A stretch of DNA of 36,055 nt from contig LWCA01000258.1 of NCBI GenBank assembly GCA_001642005.1, positions 1 through 36,055 on the forward strand. Direction: 5' to 3'. Under the pieces are notes generated by a model. That model saw nothing but the letters and a program-made list of their open reading frames with translations, had not been told where the DNA came from and did not search any database. A program made the translations under genes and the position numbers. The stretch is from Intoshia linei. Taxonomy: Eukaryota; Animalia; Orthonectida. This document shows positions 11,617 through 23,955 of the stretch, in pieces. How positions within the stretch are numbered: the stretch's first letter is position 1; each line of letters starts with the position of its first letter.

Positions 11617-13089
11617 TTTCTCATTTTTATCTAAATTTCAATTATAATTATTCATCAGGTATATACTCTTAAAAGACAAATCTAATGGCAAATTGTGTGG
11701 TAGAGATTCATCAGATAAATTCATAGCATGACTTTCAAAAAAATAAATTCGAGTTTTGATTAAGAGTGTCAGTTGTATGAAATAAATGAAACGCAATAAA
11801 TACAAAAGTAAACTGGTTCCTTATATCTTTTTAAGTAAAAGATGTTAATTCATATAATTAATATCCATAATTATAACTTTTTAGCAATGAGTATTTTGCG
11901 TAATACAATCAATGACCGTGTTGATTCTAGTTTCTGTAGCCTATTGCAATTTCCAAAGCTATCGTTAGTCTATTGCAAATGTACAAACTACTATTAGTTG
12001 AATCCTTCTAACGACTGGAACAAATATTCATCTGTAATTGTAATTTCTTTTTCAATTAATATATATTTTGACTACTATTTTGTTCGGTCTAGTTTATGCT
12101 CAAATGTAATGCCTCAAATTAGAGTTACCACTGTGATTTTGTTCATCCATTGCATTGTCTCATCATTATTTTACGCTTTTTTCACATCACTACCTCGTTA
12201 ATTGAATGTCGATCTCATTTTACTTATTAAAAACGATACATTAAAAAATGTTTACAATTTTTTAAATTAATTAATACCATAATAAGTCAAGTCCCACTCA
12301 AATCAGCCGACGTATTTACACTAGAAATCTAAAATTGGAACATTAACTCGTGATCCTTATACGTGTGGTCAAAATCGTTTTGAATTAATGATAGATTTGT
12401 AGTACAGGCAAATTTAAAAACTAAACAAATTGGAATTTAATGATTCACTTTAACTTTATCATTTTATGTTGAAATTGTTTGTATAATGTACATTAAGGTG
12501 TCTGATGGGTCGTTGTAAAAAATGTCCTTAGGGTTTATAATGATATTATCTTTAAAATAATGTGTATTATCAAATATTTTTGACCAATTTCCAATGGTTC
12601 AGTTAGCCTGGCCATTTATAGTTTTCCCATACGTTTACTATACATTATTGTATATAGTCAATGACAAAAATATTTCCTTTTTTTAAATAAAATGTTATTG
12701 ATACTCCTACGCCTAGAATACTGCGATGAATGATAGAATAATGGAATTAAATTTTAAAATACAAGGACAGTATGATTAGACGCTTTGGTTACAGAAGCTA
12801 AAGATAAACGTAAAAGATATGACACATATTTCAATCAAAATCTTAATAAGTTATTGGTAAAATACCGGCTTTTAAATATGTAGCAGAGCGCGCGTTACAC
12901 AAATATAGCATTACTAAACAGAAAGCGTATATCAAATCATAAATTCAAATTATTATACCCCTAAACTAGTATTATATGTATAAATAGGTTGACTGTTAAG
13001 TACTACGTACAAACAGCACATAGCTCTGCCGAGTGCACATTTTTATTATACCAAAAAAATAACAATTAATAATAATAACCATAATAAAT

Positions 13090-13945
13090 AAAAATAAATA
13101 TTAACGGCATCAGAACTTTATAAACATATGTCAGATAAATTTTATCAATTTTGAAAAAATTGTAATAAATAAATGTATAAAAATAATAATAACAAAGTTG
13201 TATTACTTTTAGTAATTCGTTGTTGTAGTTTGAATTAAATTTTAAACAAAATTTTTTGAAAATGAGAATCTAAGATTAAAAAATTGCGTAGCAATGGAAA
13301 AAATTCCAAAGGAATGAATAATATGAATTTTCACCTATATTTCTTTATTGAAAATGTGTAGACGTTCAATGCACATTTTTTTTGAAAATTTAGGATCAAT
13401 ATTTACATTTTCAATTTTTAGTTTAATCGAAATATTTGAAAAATATTGGTTGATAATATATTAAAAATTATTTTTCACCTGGGAATGCGTAGATTTCTCG
13501 TTGAAATTTTGTTTTTATATTAACTGGAATAAGATCTATCAGAATAATTTATTTTTTATATTTTGGGACCGTTAATTATTTCACATTTTTTGTTTTGATA
13601 AAATATTTCGGAAAATAAATATATGAATACTAAAATGATTTTTTGACCGTGAAGTCGTCATTTATTCAGATTGAAATTTTTTTTGCGTGTTAACAGGATA
13701 CAACTGTACTAGCTGTAAATTTTTTTTAAATTTTAGGGCTGTTATTATTAAAAAAACGGTAATTTGTGGTTTTGGCCTTGAAGATATAATTTTTTTAAAT
13801 TTAAATTTATGATAATATTTATGATTTTAAAATCCGTATCAGAGTGTATATTTTTTTGAATTGTCGAACTAGTTTGATTTTCACAAAAAGGACAATTGGG
13901 CTTTTTGACCCGTGAGATGATAGTATAGGAGATTTAAATTTTTTC
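13090..13945. repeat. Dispersed ~850-bp repeat, inverted copy of ~26520-27375
   Basis: Long collinear reverse-complement match, e.g. AATGTGTAGACGTTCAATGCACATTTT (~13353) vs AAAATGTGCATTGAACGTCTACACATT (~27107), and GACCGTGAAGTCGTCATTTATT vs AATAAATGACGACTTCACGGTC. Boundaries are approximate. Confidence 0.85.
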
Positions 13946-13967
13946 AGTTTTTTTTAGGAGTATCAGA

Positions 13968-14046
13968 AAAATTTGCTAAAAAAAATTTACTAAAAACTCC
14001 CCTATAAAGTTTTGCTAAAAAAAAATTTATTAAAAACTCCCCTATA
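13968..14046. repeat. ~40-bp tandem duplication
   Basis: TTTGCTAAAAAAAA(A)TTTA(C/T)TAAAAACTCCCCTATA present twice in tandem. Confidence 0.85.
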
Positions 14047-14517
14047 TTGTTTGGTTAAAAAAATGAAGTTTTAAGAGCATTGTAATATTCAAAGAGTGGA
14101 AGCAAAATTAAGTTGATATTAATTTTAACAGAATTTTTTAAGTCTTGCACGTGATCAAATTTTCTGAATTTAAGTTTATTCTTCCTTTTCGTTATCCTGA
14201 ATATAAAATTTTACAAGATATTTACTGAGTACCACCAGTGGTTCTCAAACAGTGAAGTTACAGTTCAGATTGAAGTGAACTGCAACTTCACTTTTATATT
14301 AAACCTGTTATTGCTGTTGTAATTCTTACTTATTAAACATTATTTGTTAGATTCGAGACTTAAACCTACAAGCTTCGATTTAACTTTAGCATTAATTCAT
14401 TTATCTATCATTGAACCACTACAAGGGTTAATGGTCAAAAATGCAATTTACTATTTATACCTTTTTATGGAAAACTATTTCATTACCAAAAAATTTGATA
14501 CTATTAATGATCCATAA

Positions 14518-14636
14518 CAGCGGCTCTTAAATTGGGTACTGGTAGCCCCTAGGGGTAGCATAAATTATTTTGGGGTACTAAATTATATTTTTTTTAGTTT
14601 AGGGGTACCAACTTCGAAGTATGTTGAGAACCGCTG
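14518..14636. mobile_element. Small hAT (Charlie/Buster-like) MITE, 119 bp
   Basis: TIRs CAGCGGCTCTTAA / TTGAGAACCGCTG; internal GGGGTAC motifs. The right flank GTCTAGAA fits the NTCTAGAN target preference, and the left flank ATCCATAA matches it at 5/8. Confidence 0.7.
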
Positions 14637-15995
14637 GTCTAGAATTTTAAAATAAAAATTTAAATAATATCTTGACACATTTGGGAACCAGTCTTTTAAA
14701 TCCAATACCTATACCCTCGAAAACACCTTTAAAATGATTATTGGCATCTTTACATTTATTCTTAACGGAGTGGATTGGTAATAGTGAATAGTATGATTTT
14801 TAAGCAAGATCTATTTTTTTTGGGAAAAATTAAGAAAAGTCCGCTCTCGGCAGAGCTAGATGCTGTCTGTACAAAGTACAAAACAATTAAGCTAGTAATT
14901 ATATAAATTCAAAAAAAATTTTTATATATTTTTTCAAATGGATTTATTATAATTTAATGAAATAAATTGAATACTTTGTCTTAGACAATCGTCTGTCATT
15001 CAGCCTTTTTAATAATTGAATTTTTACAAAAATGCTTTACGAAATTTCTCGAGAAATTGCTACTTTTGATCATCAAATAGTAATATAAAAATTATTATTA
15101 AGTCGGAAATACTACCAATTTAAATTAAATAAGTTTTTTAACCCCTATTTAACGAAAAAAGTGTATTTACAATTTTATAATGGGTAATTAACATTCATTT
15201 TTAACAATAAAATAGATAAAATAAATAAATCGACGACTAACGACTGTATCCATGCCTAGAAAGCATGATTGAAATTTCCCACCTAGGCTATATTTAACTC
15301 ATTGATGGCGTGACTGATTGTGAATAATTCAAACTGTCAATCGTGAGTATTGCTGATTAGACTAGCCATAATATACATAGGTAAATGCGACAAGTGCAAC
15401 ACTATTGTTATCAGGATGTTGTTTGAGTTACCGTTCTATAACACTATATTACCACTATTTTTCACTTAAATTTGAGAACAACATTTGCGATAATCAATTT
15501 TTTTATATTTATTTATGCAAAACGAAAACGATTTAACATCATCCTTTGATCTTTTACAACAAAAATGGGGATGGGATAAATTGGATTGGAAAGCGGTAAA
15601 TTTATTATTGTTGAAATTTAAATGGAATTTGATTGATTTGATGGTTCGAATTTCTTGGAATATTTGTAAACAGTTTAATATCATCCAAATGCAGTTGATC
15701 AAAGTAAGATCATATGCATGCAAAAATAAGAGTTGTCAAAGTTGAATTAATTAAATATTTTTAATCACAATTTTGTAACATTTTTTTGTTTGATAAGGTA
15801 AACTAACCTATCAAATGAGTATAATATCTTGCGAAAAGGAACGCCTTGTCCCTAATATGTCACATTCGAATAATGATTAGTGAACCATTCACGGTTCGCT
15901 TGATTAGAATAATTTTATTCATACTATTCTTTGTGAATATTGCTAATTTGCGAAAATAAAATAAAATTAATTAAATTTAGAATCTTTACCCCACA

Positions 15996-18258
15996 ATGGC
16001 GACAATATCTGGAGATGTCAACCACCTCCGTCTGGGAAAACAGAAATACAGCCCTCTGAAATTTTACCATACTCAAGATAAGTCTAAAACATCAAAATCC
16101 ATATCAAATTCTATACTAACTGATTATAATTTAAATGATACATTTAAAAAAATTGCTCGTCAACAAATAAAGAGACAAAGAAGTTTAAGGAACCGTAGAG
16201 CTTGCATTTGTGTTTTTGCTTTTTTAGCCTTGATGGCTTCTGTTGCTGGTTGTTTGATTTTTATAGGTTTGTATTTTAAAGGATTTTAATTTGCAATTTA
16301 ATTACTAATATCTTAGATCGATTTTTACCGGGTGGACTCCTTTATTACAAAAGTGGTAACATGTATAATTTCAATTTATATATCTTTTTAGATAATCACA
16401 GTAAGTTTTATTTATTTATTCAATTCTTTTGATTGATCTTAGCAATTCATCTGTATCATTTACATAATCTAACTTGAAAGTCGCTAATATAATATATCAT
16501 TTATGCTATTCTAATCTTTGAATTTAAATTACATATAAATCACTTTTTCTCATTTCTGATTCTAGAAATCTTTCGCGTCAATGTAACTTCACTTAATGAT
16601 CGATCCAATGTTTTATTTTTCTGCTGGAAGGTTTCAATTTTTTTTATATTTTTAATTTTATTTTAGATAAATGCCATTATTATTGGTTCTAAATGTAAAC
16701 AGTTACATGAAAATGGGTAATTCATTTTACTTTTATTTCCACAATTTTTTGTTTTGCTCTATATTTATTAATTGTAATTTAACCTTTGAATTTTAAATTA
16801 AATTCAAACTGACAAAATGATTAATTAAAATTAATAAAATGTACATTTACATGCTTATTTTTAATTGTAAACTAGAAAAACATAACATTTGTTGTATAAA
16901 GTCATTTTAATAATAGATACATTTTAATTTTTATTATGACATATTTATGATCTTAAAATTTAAATAACAGTTACAATGACAAAAATAATTAATCTTAATT
17001 GAATTTTAATATTTTCAAAATAATTAAATGTGTTACTGATTCACGATTTAACGATAACGCCTTAATTTTAATATTTGTCAACATTTTTCTAATCCCATGA
17101 ACCCCAACTTTTTTACTGAAAGGACCTAAAATTAGTTAATTTACAATAATGTTATGACACGTTTCTAATGGTATAGATATGATTGCATAATAAATAGGAT
17201 TGGTAATCGATAAAAATTTACAGATAAATTATTGGTAAAAATATTTTTATCGGTAAATTTTTTTTAAATTTATAACGGTAAATCCTTATATAAAGTAATT
17301 TAGTTAAAAATGTATGACTGTTTATTTAAGTCTTCCAGTTTATTTAAGAAAGTAAGTTGCGCAGAATTTGAAGTATAACCATTTATAATATAGTTTTTCG
17401 AGGGTTATGTTTTATCGGAAATTTAATTTTTAAAGATTGAGTCGTTAAAGATCAAAAATCCCAATTATCCTTTTTTTTAAATTCAAACGAGTTCTAGAAT
17501 TATAAAAATACACAATCTGATAAACATTTTAAAATCATTACTATTATCATAAATTTTAAAATCTTATACCTTTACGGCCGAAACCACAAATTATCTTTTT
17601 TAGTAAAAATGATGAAAGTACTAGAATTTTATTTAACTCAAATTATGGGATAGTTTTTAAAATCATCAACATTATCATTAATCTGATTCTCAAAAAAGTG
17701 TATTTTCAGGATTAAAACCACAGATTATTTTAGTTTAAAAAATATTACAGTTGATAGTCATATCCAGTTAACACACAAAAAATTTAAATCTGATAAAGTG
17801 ACGCCTTCGCGTTCAAAAAAGCACTTTAATATTCATTTTTTATCAAGAAAAAATTGTATTTATGAATTGCCGACCCCAGTTAAACTTTTAACCGAAAACC
17901 TAGCCAAAATAAATTTATAAAGGTAAATATTCTAGATTTGTTTCATAAACCTTTTATTTACTTGGGTATATTGATATGATTTCTGACCTATTTTATATAA
18001 AAATTCATATTTATTATACATACATTTATTTTTAGAAAAACTGCATTAGCTGAATTGGTAGTTTCAGACAGTTTTTTCTCAAATAACCAAAATACTAAAC
18101 TCAATGATACTAAAGTCACCGAAAAACTGTCTAATGTAATCAACAACCTAAATTTTAATAAATCCGGAAATGAAAATTCAAATTTTAAAATTAACGATAT
18201 TTATATGATGAAGTTAATGGATCAAACGTTCAGTAATTTTATTTACATTAAAAAATAA
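15996..18258 (+). CDS. Uncharacterised single-pass (type II-like) membrane protein (~218 aa if it ends here)
   Basis: Frame-consistent GT-AG model with exons 15996-16266, 16317-16355, 16392-16400, 16566-16630, 16667-16716, 18036-18258. A basic stretch (RQQIKRQRSLRNRR) is followed by a hydrophobic helix (ACICVFAFLALMASVAGCLIFI), with N-glycosylation sequons (NVT, NDT, NKS) downstream. The 3' end is uncertain. Confidence 0.6.
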
Positions 18259-19198
18259 CAAAAATTAAATCATGAATGAGACAATTGATATTATTTACAG
18301 TGTTAATTCACTATTGTTAAATTTCTCAATTTTTTCAATATTACTCTGTTGGATATAAAACTATTTAATTATTATGTACTTTGTACAAACAGCAGCTGGT
18401 TCTCACGGGGCAGACTTTAATTTTAACACTGATTATTTTATAAATTATACTTATAAAAAATGAGTGTATAATAGGGTTTCTACTTTTTTTTATTAAAAAA
18501 ACCCATTTTGCACGTGGATGCCTTTTTTGATTTAAACTTTAAATTTTAAAGCATTAATCCAAAAAAAACATCTTTCAAATGTAATCAATGATTACTAATC
18601 ATTGAAGTTCATACAAAAATGTTAAGATAAATGTCAAATATAACTTTATTTTATGTATATTCAGTTTTAATTTTGTTTGTATTGATAATTATGTTGGTAA
18701 TTCTTTTGATGGATTTACCATGATTTGTGGACCATTTTGTTTTTTTAGATTCATATATAGCTCAATTATTTTGGTTTTTAATGATGTTTGAATTCCTCAC
18801 AATTAATCCAAATAAAATATACATAAAATTTATTAAAATTTATAATGTCAAAATTTATATCGCAAATTTTATACAACATAAAATGAATGGGAAGATACAT
18901 AATATCTAATAGAAATTTTTTTTTGAAATGTAAAGACATATTTATTTCATATAGACAATTCTTTCATTATTTTCTGTAGAAATCAAATTTTACACTTTGG
19001 CCCAAAAAAATATCATATCTACACTGCATTGGAGAGGTGTTAGGAGCTATATGACAGAGACCGATCATCACGGTCCTACTCGTCTAAATTAATCAGTGAT
19101 TTTAGAAAAAAATTTCTGTGGTGGGAAAAATTTTATTTATATATATATATTATAACTCCACTAGTATAACGCTGATAAATAAGTTCAACTATGTATAG

Positions 19199-19822
19199 TA
19201 GGGTGTCACATTTTTTTGAAATTTTTAGACTTTAATAGGCGATTAGTAATCAATGTGTGTATTTTTAAAATAGAAACACTATGTTTCAATTAAACATATC
19301 TAATGAATAATTAGATATACTAATGATATTTATCCGAGTTGCGCTGATCATTTTAAATATCTTTTTGAAAATCGTATAGAAAAATTTAAATTTATCTTTA
19401 CTTTTTTGCAAAAACAACATTGTGGTAAGTTGTCATGGTTTATATTTTAGGGTCTCACCACCCACGCTCAGCTATACATTTCAATTTTTAAAATTTGATT
19501 TTTGTGGTTTTTATCAACGTTTTAATTAACGCATAAATTTCGGTTATTTATGCAACAATAGCGTATTCAGGCGTTTTCAATCTATAAGACCATTTTTGCA
19601 GAAATAGTAGTATATTTGCAATTAATTGCGACACATCACGACAATGATTGTTTAAAATGTATAAAAATTTGGATAAAATAAATTAATTTTCGTTTAGTTT
19701 TTTCTTGAGCGTAACTCGAATCGGCATCTTTGCAACACCCCATTCTAGATTATTTTATATATCACGATAATACACCATTTCCGCTCTAATCCCCTTAATT
19801 CTGTGATGGGTGTGACACCCTA
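19199..19822. mobile_element. hAT non-autonomous element (outer element of a nested pair)
   Basis: TIRs TAGGGTGTCACA / TGTGACACCCTA. TSD ATGTATAG lies at 19191-19198, and its right copy is at 20126-20133 once the younger insertion is removed. Confidence 0.85.
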
Positions 19823-19825
19823 ATG

Positions 19826-20120
19826 CAGTGCTTTCCAATCATTTTTGGTTGGCGACACATATTTCAATTTCAAAAAATTTCGCGACACACCAATCAAAAA
19901 AATAAACCATTGATTAATAAATATAGTTGAACCAATTTTTTTCTAATAATAATCTGAAAATAAGCTGTGTAAAATTTATCATCATCACTAAAAATATCTT
20001 TGATTTGCATTTTTACGTCTTCCAATTGTATTGTCTGCTAATGGAATTTAAAAAAAAAATTAAAAATCTTAAGTTTGACAGCACACAAAAGTGTCACGAC
20101 ATACCGGTTGGAAAGCACTG
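19826..20120. mobile_element. hAT MITE (295 bp) inserted into the end of the previous element
   Basis: TIRs CAGTGCTTTCCAA / TTGGAAAGCACTG; perfect 8-bp TSD CCCTAATG at 19818-19825 and 20121-20128; subterminal GCGACAC motifs. Confidence 0.93.
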
Positions 20121-20514
20121 CCCTAATGTATAGAACCGAATATTTAAAAATTTGTATATAAGTCCTACAATTTTAATCTGTTCCGACCCAATGTTAAATC
20201 TCCACGGTCGCCTTTACCCCTAAAAGTAACATCATGATTATCGTATTATTATTGGTAATGGGATTAAAATTTAATTAATTAATAATTATAAATTACAACT
20301 ACTATTTAGGCGTGTATAAATTTCCTGTAATATTTTCAAAAGATTTCTGCAATTATGTAATTTTATATTATTTTAAAATTCATTTTGTTTAGGTTAATAG
20401 AAAATTCAACAAAACACTATTTTATAGTTGCAAAGTAGTCCAAAAGTAAATTTTAATTTCTATATTTAATTCTATTTTATTGGTTATTTTTTATCTGTTG
20501 CCCAAAGTATAGTA

Positions 20515-20812
20515 CAGGGGTTGCCAAAGTGGGCGATTATAAAAACACTGTCTACCCAAAAAACGATTTTAGATGGATAGAGTGAGGGTTGATGAATTTT
20601 TTGGTTGTAAGAGGATATTTTTATTGCAAGTTTGGGATCCACTGATATAAAAAGTGACAGTAATAAATATATATTTTTTTTAATTATTAAATATTGAATA
20701 ATGAGTAAATTTTTAAATATATATACGACGTAGTCTAAAAATTTTTTAGGGGGCGTTTAGAAAATATATTGCTAAAAAGGGGTGGTAGGCAAAATGAGTT
20801 TGGGAACCCCTG
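20515..20812. mobile_element. hAT MITE (298 bp)
   Basis: TIRs CAGGGGTTGCCAAA / TTTGGGAACCCCTG; flanks GTATAGTA / CTATAGTA (7/8). A related right end GGTAGGCAAAATGAGATTGGGAACCCTG occurs at ~32714-32741. Confidence 0.85.
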
Positions 20813-21066
20813 CTATAGTACCTTTACTTATAAAACATTGTTTTATATTTAAATTATTATAATTTTTAAAAACTCATAAACGTGTGTCTACCGGTTAACA
20901 GGTTAAAGGATTGTTAATAGTGAATAGTAGAATTTTTAAGTTCAGAAATTGGATTTCATATACAGTAAGTACTTTTTCTAAGTCAGTATATCCTGGTCCA
21001 CAATGCTTGTTACAACATTTTGAAACATTTTTTTTAATTTTTAGTTATAAAATGATATAAATTTAG

Positions 21067-22126
21067 TTCTCACTATGTTGAAGTTCGATTAGACAAAAAA
21101 TGTTTAAAAATGATGATATTATCGGACGGTCTAATGCCCCAATCAAAAGGAAGTGAATTAGTGTGGGTAGAACGATATGAGCATCACACAAAATCATATG
21201 TTGAAAATAGAAAAATAAAGTCAAATAAATTAGCCTGCAAAAGCGCTGCAACGTTGAATGTATTGGAATCAAAAGAAAAAAATTCAGAAATATTTAACGA
21301 CATCCTCTATTCCATACTATACAAATCAATCGAAACATTAAACATTCCATCTTACGACAAAGTGTCATCAAATCCAAAAAAATATGTAGATCAACACCAT
21401 AAGGATTCTCACATTGCACACAGTGACTGTAGTGGCAACGTGTTTTGTCAAATCATTAGAGGTGATTACGACGACGTTCTACTGGAATATTATAAAAATG
21501 TTCAAAATGATTCAGAACACGTATATGATTTAAAATCAAAATTATTTCGATCAATCTACTATCCAGAATTAATAAACTATAAAGACGAGAAATTCGATTT
21601 TAATTTAAATAATTTGGTCAGAAAATATTTAGAAATTGTGATACTGAAAAATTTTAATTATTTCAAAGATAATAACTTGAAAGCTCACGAAGAAGCAGTT
21701 TTATTTTTAATGGATGTTAACGCAATTCCCGAGACGTTGGTGCCTGTGTATCAAGACGGAAAAAAAATTTTAAATGTGTTATCTCAAAAGTGTCAGTTTT
21801 ACGATTACTGGTGTAGACTGAATTATGAACAGAGCTTAGTGTATTATTACGATCCGTCCAGTTCCAGTGAAAACGTTTTGCTCGATTATGTTAAAAAGGA
21901 GAGATTATACTCTGATCCAAACTGGTCTAAATTATTGTTGATTCTCTCTCAATATTCTCAAAACAAGTTTATATTAAATAATGAGGAAGAAAATAAGAAA
22001 TTGAATAAATCTAGAAAAACTGCTGAAGAAGATTGTTTGTGGTGGCAATTTGATTGCAATTTGCACAACTTTCAACCCATTATTCCAATAGAAACCATAT
22101 TCAAAAATGATACCAATACAACTTAA
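21067..22126 (+). CDS. Uncharacterised protein; long terminal exon (ORF 21110-22126, 338 aa from the first ATG)
   Basis: A 1-kb open frame in very AT-rich DNA, open back to an AG acceptor at 21066. Phase-compatible upstream exons lie at 20310-20356 and 20393-20445. No family is confidently recognised. Confidence 0.65.
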
Positions 22127-23343
22127 ATTTTAATGTTTAGTTTTGGTTGATACAAGGAATAATTTTCAGTCAAAATATCATAAACAATCTTTACCAAATT
22201 ATACATGACCTTATCGTGGTTTGGGTTGATTCTAAGATTATTTTTGCATTCTTTTACAGCATAAAAAATATCATTGAATGTGAAATTGATAATTTCGTTT
22301 AATTTCTCATTTGTGGTTAAAATTAAATGAATAAATTTAAAACTGGCAAATTTAATTTTTTCGTCGTCGTACATGACTGTTTTCAGAGTGTCAATAATTA
22401 AACAGAGATTCATTAGCGTTCTTTTGGAATTTGACTTATAACATGTTGTCAACAACCCAAAATTTACGAGAACAACGTCCGGATCATGAAATAGTTTAAT
22501 GTTTGAGAGTATATTATCTACGCATTCATCAAATGTATTATATGAGGGGTAAACCAAATTTTTTTTAGGTATCATGGATTCGCAATATTCATGCAATACT
22601 AAAATACATTCCAAAATGTCACGTAAAGTGTTTTTGTTAGTCGCAATAGATAAAGTTGTCAATAATTTTTTAATTAACACTTGAATATATCCCAGTCGGT
22701 CAATTTCAACTTTGGATACATTTTCTAAAATGTGTTTAATCAACTTTGAAGTCTTTGGTAAACTGTAATAATCCTCTAATAGCATTAAAGAAATGGGTAA
22801 TAGAATCTTTAAATGCATTGATACATTTGGAAATTTAATGGAGGTTAAGGTATTGTAAAACAATGATAAGTTCTTCATTTGTATCTTTTCATTTCCTTCA
22901 TCATGAAGGGTTTCATAACAAACTGCAAATATATAACCTGCTAATGATTTATGATTTCCGTAATTTAACAAGAGGTTCATGTTAATCAAAAAATCTTGGT
23001 TTATACTGGAATCTTGCAATAAACTGTATATTACTTTTATAACATCTTTAGATAGAGTTATACTGTCAAAGTATGTTTGTAAATCTATTTTTACACCGAC
23101 AAGTGTTATTTTATTGTACAAAATGTACCTAGTCACAAATTCAAACACAAATTGGATAAATACTTTTCTATCTTCTTTATCCACGTTTTTCCATGATTTT
23201 TCTCTTGAATTCAACAAATTTACTATACATATTTTTCCTTTTTTTTTTATAGATTCATCACGGAATGTTTCTTTTATGTTCGTTTTATTTTTCAAAGTAT
23301 CTTTATAATAGTTCATGAAATTTACAATCTCCTTTATCGACAT
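22123..23343 (-). CDS. TTI2: TELO2-interacting protein 2 (TTT complex subunit), intronless, 406 aa
   Basis: Helical/HEAT-like protein. HLKILLPISLMLLEDYYSLPKTSKLIKHILENVSKVEIDRLGYIQVL resembles the conserved Tti2 core as I recall it (LP.SL.I.DDY...K....L.HI..NV....L......VL). Confidence 0.75.
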   Translation of the reverse strand: MSIKEIVNFMNYYKDTLKNKTNIKETFRDESIKKKGKICIVNLLNSREKSWKNVDKEDRKVFIQFVFEFVTRYILYNKITLVGVKIDLQTYFDSITLSKDVIKVIYSLLQDSSINQDFLINMNLLLNYGNHKSLAGYIFAVCYETLHDEGNEKIQMKNLSLFYNTLTSIKFPNVSMHLKILLPISLMLLEDYYSLPKTSKLIKHILENVSKVEIDRLGYIQVLIKKLLTTLSIATNKNTLRDILECILVLHEYCESMIPKKNLVYPSYNTFDECVDNILSNIKLFHDPDVVLVNFGLLTTCYKSNSKRTLMNLCLIIDTLKTVMYDDEKIKFASFKFIHLILTTNEKLNEIINFTFNDIFYAVKECKNNLRINPNHDKVMYNLVKIVYDILTENYSLYQPKLNIKI

Positions 23344-23955
23344 TTAGAGTATATTTAGCAGTCTATATTGTATTTTTAATTGCCATTAGAAGAATAAAGT
23401 TAGTTTCAAGTTAAAAATGAAATAAGACAGATTACAGTGCACTGTAATGTAACTAACTGAGTCGTTATTGATACATTCGTGTATCTTACATTCTCAATAA
23501 AAAATAACTACAGGTCTTTCTCGGTTAATGCAGTGTAAATGAATTTAACGCGAATTTAAAAATTTCCTTAGTAGTCGAATTTACATATTTAACAAAAAAT
23601 TCATTTACTGTACAAACAACTTCAATATAATATTTCATTTTCTAAGTAAATATTTAAATTAATGAAAAAAAAGACGAAATGTTATTAGTTTTGCCTCTAA
23701 ATTGATATGATTAATAGATATACACTTGGAGGAAAAACTCAGATTTTTCAAAATTATAAAATCATTAACTTTTACTTGCCCTATTTATAACTCGAAATTT
23801 TTTTGAGTGTTGTGTATAGATTGGATAAAGTTGAACATGGTCAAATAATTCCACATTCATTTATCAATCTCACAAAATTTGGTGGCAACATAATTTAATA
23901 CACATTTAGAATGGTAAGTGGGAGGTATACATGTATTTATAATATGTTATAAATT

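Noticed and set aside
15466-15745. Two overlapping opposite-strand ORFs (85 and 76 aa), one Trp-rich
   Set aside because: No recognisable domain and no convincing splice connection. It could be a decayed fragment, but I cannot support a call.
18660-18935. Coding-like stretch (FVCIDNYVGNSFDG, faintly EGF-like) interrupted by TAA codons, raising the idea of stop-codon reassignment
   Set aside because: The well-supported genes here use TAA as a stop and translate cleanly in the standard code. The similarity is too weak.
22979-23308. 109-aa + strand ORF
   Set aside because: Antisense shadow of TTI2 with no recognisable motif.
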